A stretch of DNA of 32,060 nucleotides from an uncultured Fidelibacterota bacterium (lineage in GTDB: Bacteria > Fidelibacterota > Marinisomatia > Marinisomatales > TCS55): the NCBI GenBank assembly GCA_950063985.1, contig CATMBH010000001.1:1-32060 (forward strand), read 5' to 3'. Shown here one piece after another: positions 27,572 through 32,060 of the stretch. The notes beneath the pieces are model-generated. The model saw nothing but the letters and a program-made list of their open reading frames with translations. It was not told where the DNA came from and did not search any database. A program made the translations under genes and the position numbers. The stretch's first letter is position 1; every line of letters begins with the position of its first letter.

Positions 27572-30500
27572 GTTTGTCCATTTACACAACCATTCAGACT
27601 ACAGTCTATTAGACGGCGCTCAAACCGTCCAGACATTGGTGAATACCATCGATGATCTGAAAATGGATTCGGTGGCGCTCACTGAACATGGCAATATGTT
27701 TAGTGTAGTCCCCTATTATAAATCAGCGAAAAAAGCCGGTGTAAAACCCATTATTGGCTGTGAGATCTACGTCGCCCATGGTAGCCGTTTTGATAAGAAA
27801 CCACGGGCAGAAGGTGGATGGGGCAATAATCATCTCATTTTACTGGCCCAGAATTTCGCCGGATATCGCAACCTGATGAAATTGGTTACAATTGGCTATT
27901 TAGAAGGATTCTATTATCGTCCCCGCATTGATAAAGAATTACTAAAAGAACACAGTGAAGGTCTTATTTGTTCATCAGGTTGTTTAAAAGGGGAAGTGCC
28001 GGAAAAACTGTTAGCAGGAGATTGGGAAGGTGCCAAAGCAACCGCACTGGAATTTGCCGAAATGTTCCCAGGGCGATATTATCTAGAAATTCAAAATCAT
28101 GGCATTGATGCCGAAGTGCGTAATGTGGAATTGATAACCAAACTGGCCCGAGAATTGGATTTGCCGCTTGTTGCCACTAATGATGCCCACTATGCCAAAC
28201 ATGAACATTGGGAAGCCCATGATATACATATCTGTCTCGGCACCGGCAAGGAAAGGGATGACCCCAATCGCCTGCGCTATGCCACACCGGAGTTTTACTT
28301 CAAGACACAGGATGATATGTATAAACTGTTCAAGGATTATCCAGATGCTTTGGAAAATACACGCAAAATCGCTGACAGCATCGATCTTGAACTACCTATG
28401 GGTAAATATCATTTACCTACATTTCCTATACCGGAAGACGCACCCTCCCAAAACCCTAATGAGTATTTGCGGTATTTATGTGATGAAGGTGTTCGGAATA
28501 TTTATGGAGACATCACAACGGATCTGCAGGGCCGATTGGATCATGAATTAGACGTAATCCAGAAAATGGGTTTTGCAGGATATTTTTTAATAACAATGGA
28601 TTTTGTGAAATATGCAAAAGACAATGGTATACCTGTGGGTCCAGGCAGGGGTTCTGCTGCTGGAAGCCTGGTGTCTTATGCTCTGGATATAACGACCATA
28701 GATCCGATGAGGCATAACCTGCTGTTTGAACGATTTCTAAATCCGGATCGTATCAGCCTCCCAGACATTGACATCGATTTTTGTATTGAGCGTCGGGGTG
28801 AGGTCATCGATTATATTAAACAGCAATACGGTGATAATTCTGTAACACAGATTATTACATTTGGAAAAATGAAAGCACGCCAAGCTGTACGAGATGTAGG
28901 CCGTGTCCTTGGTTTTTCGTTTGGGGAGGTTGACAAAGTAGCCAAAATGATTCCTATAGGGCCATTTGTAACTTTGCAGCAGGCCTTGAGCCAAAGTCCT
29001 GATATGCGGGAAGCTGCCGAAGGAAAATATAAGGAGTTGATAGACCATGCCCTGACTCTTGAAGGTATGAACCGCCACGCATCCACACATGCTGCCGGTG
29101 TTGTAGTCACACCAGGAGATTTAACAGACTTTACACCGCTGTTCAAAACAAACACGGGCGATATTACCAGTCAGTATGATATGAAAGGACTGGAAGCACT
29201 AGGATTGTTAAAAATGGATTTCCTTGGCCTTCGAAATTTGACTGTGATCGATCACACGATTAAGCTGTTGAAGCAACGTGGTGTAAAAATCGACATTGCC
29301 AAAATTGACATGGAAGATTCCTCGGTGTATAAACTATTTGCTAATGGAATAACTACAGGTGTTTTCCAGTTTGAATCTTCCGGTATGCGCGAATTCCTGA
29401 AAAAATTGAAACCCACCCAGATTGAAGACCTAATTGCCATGAATGCATTATACCGTCCGGGCCCCATGGAAAATATCGATAATTTTATCAAACGCAAGCA
29501 CGGCAAGAAAAAGATCACCTATATCCATCCTGCCCTTGAGCATATTTTAGAAGAGACCTACGGTATTATCGTTTACCAGGAACAAGTCATGCAGATTGCC
29601 CACGAAATTGCCAAGTTTAGTCTTGCTGAAGCGGACATCATGCGCCGTGCAATGGGTAAAAAGATAAAAGAGCTCATGGATGAAATGAAAACGGAGTTCA
29701 TTAATGGAGCGATAGCAAACGGCATCAACCGTAAAATAGCCGAAGACATTTATACCTTGATCGAAAAATTTGCGAAATATGGATTTAACAAAAGTCACTC
29801 CACAGCCTATGCATATGTAGCCTACCAAACGGCTTGGTTGAAGACCCATTATCCTGCGGAATTTATGGCAGCAAACCTCACCAGTGAAATGTCTAACATT
29901 GACCGGGTGGTAATTTTGATCAATGAATGCACAAAACTAAAGATCACTGTGGATGCTCCGGATGTAAATGTATCTGATATTCATTTTCACCCTGTAAATA
30001 AAAAAACAATCTCTTTTGGATTAAATGCAATTAAAAATGTAGGAGCTAAAGCGCTTGAACATATCTTGGAAACACGTGATAAAGACGGCCCTTTTGAATC
30101 CCTGTTAGATTTCACCTCACGTGTTGGTCTGCGAGTGGTCAATAAAAAGGTATTAGAAAGTCTTATTATGGCCGGTGCCATGGACAGCCTAGCAGGCACA
30201 AGGGCGGAAAAATTTGCTACAATCGATATTGCCTTAAAATACGGCCAGCAGATCCAGGAAAACAGACATCGTAACCAGGAAGATCTTTTTGGCCAAGCAT
30301 CCAACGGCCATTCCGCAATGATCCCAGCGTTAGTTAGCGCTGAAAGCTGGACAGACAGTGTTTCCCTGCAGAAGGAAAAAGAGGTTTTGGGTTTATACCT
30401 CTCCGGTCATCCGCTTTTGAAATATGCCGAAGACCTGGAAGAATTCAGCAATTTTGACTTCACTGAAAATGTAGAAGAATTAAAACGGGAGACTGTCCGT

Positions 30501-30992
30501 ATTGGTGGTTCCGTTCAGGAATTAAGACTTCATTTTGACCGCAAAAATAACCAGATGGCCTTTTTTAAACTTGAATGCCTTGGGGGTCAAGCTGAAATAC
30601 TCGCTTTCAGCTCTGTTTTTGATAAGTATAAGGACCTTTTGGATAATGATGAAATAATCTTTGTCAGCGGCAGACAAACAGATACGTCAGATTTCAGTGA
30701 TCTGAAAATTATCGCTGATGAGATCGTTGCCTTAGATAAAGCCCGTGATTATTACGCCAAGAATGTGAATATCAAATTTGAGTCCGAGGAAATGACCCCT
30801 AATGATGTAGATGCTATATACATACTGGTACAAAAGTACCATGGCAGCTGCGGGTTGTTATTCCATGTGTCGGTTGATAAAGGGAAAGAGCAACGTATTT
30901 TTGCCCATAATATTCGTGTTTCATCAGGCAGAGAATTCATTAAAAAGCTGCGGGATATTTATGGCAAGGATAACATCTGGGTCTCTAATTGA
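27561..30992 (+). CDS. dnaE: DNA polymerase III alpha subunit
   Basis: HLHNHSDYSLLDG, GPGRGSAAGS, PDIDIDF, GVFQFES, YGFNKSH; normal length, no intein evident. Confidence 0.99.
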   Translation: MSAEFVHLHNHSDYSLLDGAQTVQTLVNTIDDLKMDSVALTEHGNMFSVVPYYKSAKKAGVKPIIGCEIYVAHGSRFDKKPRAEGGWGNNHLILLAQNFAGYRNLMKLVTIGYLEGFYYRPRIDKELLKEHSEGLICSSGCLKGEVPEKLLAGDWEGAKATALEFAEMFPGRYYLEIQNHGIDAEVRNVELITKLARELDLPLVATNDAHYAKHEHWEAHDIHICLGTGKERDDPNRLRYATPEFYFKTQDDMYKLFKDYPDALENTRKIADSIDLELPMGKYHLPTFPIPEDAPSQNPNEYLRYLCDEGVRNIYGDITTDLQGRLDHELDVIQKMGFAGYFLITMDFVKYAKDNGIPVGPGRGSAAGSLVSYALDITTIDPMRHNLLFERFLNPDRISLPDIDIDFCIERRGEVIDYIKQQYGDNSVTQIITFGKMKARQAVRDVGRVLGFSFGEVDKVAKMIPIGPFVTLQQALSQSPDMREAAEGKYKELIDHALTLEGMNRHASTHAAGVVVTPGDLTDFTPLFKTNTGDITSQYDMKGLEALGLLKMDFLGLRNLTVIDHTIKLLKQRGVKIDIAKIDMEDSSVYKLFANGITTGVFQFESSGMREFLKKLKPTQIEDLIAMNALYRPGPMENIDNFIKRKHGKKKITYIHPALEHILEETYGIIVYQEQVMQIAHEIAKFSLAEADIMRRAMGKKIKELMDEMKTEFINGAIANGINRKIAEDIYTLIEKFAKYGFNKSHSTAYAYVAYQTAWLKTHYPAEFMAANLTSEMSNIDRVVILINECTKLKITVDAPDVNVSDIHFHPVNKKTISFGLNAIKNVGAKALEHILETRDKDGPFESLLDFTSRVGLRVVNKKVLESLIMAGAMDSLAGTRAEKFATIDIALKYGQQIQENRHRNQEDLFGQASNGHSAMIPALVSAESWTDSVSLQKEKEVLGLYLSGHPLLKYAEDLEEFSNFDFTENVEELKRETVRIGGSVQELRLHFDRKNNQMAFFKLECLGGQAEILAFSSVFDKYKDLLDNDEIIFVSGRQTDTSDFSDLKIIADEIVALDKARDYYAKNVNIKFESEEMTPNDVDAIYILVQKYHGSCGLLFHVSVDKGKEQRIFAHNIRVSSGREFIKKLRDIYGKDNIWVSN

Positions 30993-31432
30993 TCGCAGTC
31001 TTGCAGCGCGTTACATCCGGAAATGTAACCATTGATGGTCGGTTAGCTGGTAAAATTGATCAAGGCCTCGTCATTCTGTTGGGTGTAATGGGCGACGACG
31101 ATGAGGATGACGCTGATTTCCTGGTAAAAAAGATAGCTGGTTTGCGCATCTTTAATGATGAAAATGATAAATTGAATCTATCTGTCAAAGATGTGCATGG
31201 CGCCGCGCTGGTGGTAAGCCAGTTTACTTTATGCGCGGATACACACAAAGGCAGACGACCCAGTTTTATCCGAGCAGCGCCACCGGAAAAAGGTTTGGCA
31301 CTTTATGAGGATTTCATGAAAAAGCTGGAAGGTCAAGGTGTTCCTGTTCAATCAGGAGAATTTGGAGCTATGATGAATGTAAACATTCAAAACGACGGAC
31401 CGGTAACAATTGTACTAAACAGCAGGGATTGA
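30989..31432 (+). CDS. dtd: D-aminoacyl-tRNA deacylase
   Basis: QRV, LRIF.D, VSQFTL, KGRRPSF, G.FGAMM.V...NDGPVT. Confidence 0.97.
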   Translation: MIAVLQRVTSGNVTIDGRLAGKIDQGLVILLGVMGDDDEDDADFLVKKIAGLRIFNDENDKLNLSVKDVHGAALVVSQFTLCADTHKGRRPSFIRAAPPEKGLALYEDFMKKLEGQGVPVQSGEFGAMMNVNIQNDGPVTIVLNSRD

Positions 31433-31490
31433 AATATACTGAATTCGTTAAAGGGAACGTTGTAATTTTCCTTACACCGAGCTAAATCTA

Positions 31491-31895
31491 ATGGAACGCA
31501 AAATCAGAATATTGATGGCCAAACCCGGCCTGGACGGTCATGATCGCGGAATAAAGATATTAGCATCGGCCTATCGAGATGCCGGGATGGAAGTGATCTA
31601 TCTTGGCCTGCGCCAGACTCCGGAAATGATCGTTTCTGCCGCATTGCAGGAAGATGTGGATGTTATTGCGCTCTCCAGCCTGAATAATGCCCATATGACT
31701 ATTTTTACTAAAGTTGTGGAATTGATGAAGGATAAAGGCCTGGATGATGTTCTGCTAACCGGGGGCGGTATCATTCCGGAAAATGATATGACTGCATTGA
31801 ACAGTATTGGCGTGGGTAAGTTATTCGGTCCCGGCACCCCGGTCCAGGATACCATCGATTATATAACAGACTGGGTGCAAACCAACCGCCGCTGA
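31491..31895 (+). CDS. Stand-alone cobalamin-binding subunit of a methylmalonyl-CoA-mutase-type enzyme
   Basis: [10 protein letters not shown] (DxHxxG), [24 protein letters not shown]. Confidence 0.93.
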   Translation: MERKIRILMAKPGLDGHDRGIKILASAYRDAGMEVIYLGLRQTPEMIVSAALQEDVDVIALSSLNNAHMTIFTKVVELMKDKGLDDVLLTGGGIIPENDMTALNSIGVGKLFGPGTPVQDTIDYITDWVQTNRR

Positions 31896-31897
31896 GC

Positions 31898-32060
31898 ATG
31901 GATCTCTCCAATCGCACCGCTTTGGAACTTCATTTTGCCGATAATTTTGAGACACATTTATTTCCTGTTTTGGCTGATCATTATTTAAAAGATGGTGATC
32001 TGGAACGGGCCCGCAAAGTATGTGCGATCGGACTGGAATACCACCCAAAAAATGCTGATG
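31898..32060 (+). CDS. Partial TPR-like protein running off the window end
   Basis: Manual translation MDLSNRTALELHFADNFETHLFPVLADHYLKDGDLERARKVCAIGLEYHPKNAD shows a TPR-like LA..Y...G....A......GL...P pattern. Confidence 0.7.
   Translation, partial: MDLSNRTALELHFADNFETHLFPVLADHYLKDGDLERARKVCAIGLEYHPKNAD

Noticed and set aside
27561-30992. Intein or split in dnaE
   Set aside because: The length (1143 aa) and motif order are those of an uninterrupted DnaE, with no intein terminal motifs seen.

Overview
The window does not look like one genome. About 100-10445 is very AT-rich, Pelagibacter/SAR11-like DNA. It carries an accessory tract in which four single cargo genes (VanZ, GNAT, cysteine hydrolase, saccharopine-dehydrogenase-like) each follow a copy of a degenerate ~110-150 bp repeat, then the core cluster TVP38-rpmH-rnpA-yidD-yidC-argB-HAD-dapD-dapE. 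dapE breaks off near 10445 and runs in frame into a ~190 bp fragment resembling a thaumarchaeal MTA phosphorylase. That fragment joins, through a short dual-frame overlap at about 10653-10672, a more GC-rich segment that resembles Marinimicrobia/FCB-group DNA. This segment holds a polysaccharide cluster, two paralogous ~70 aa membrane proteins, amidase-murI-folC, rho, an orphan Cas6b-like gene, an aminotransferase, rpmE-DUF1385-prfA-prmC, a DGGGP-synthase-like UbiA, dnaE, dtd, a B12-binding protein and a partial TPR gene. The best candidates for new biology are: (1) a CRISPR-free Cas6b-like protein that lacks the HNH catalytic motif, has a long charged tail and sits in the rho-rpmE-prfA housekeeping cluster; (2) the cassette-like repeat/cargo array at 474-3922; (3) the small-membrane-protein pair with a structured intergenic RNA. 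All family and taxon calls come from motif recognition by eye; no searches were run.
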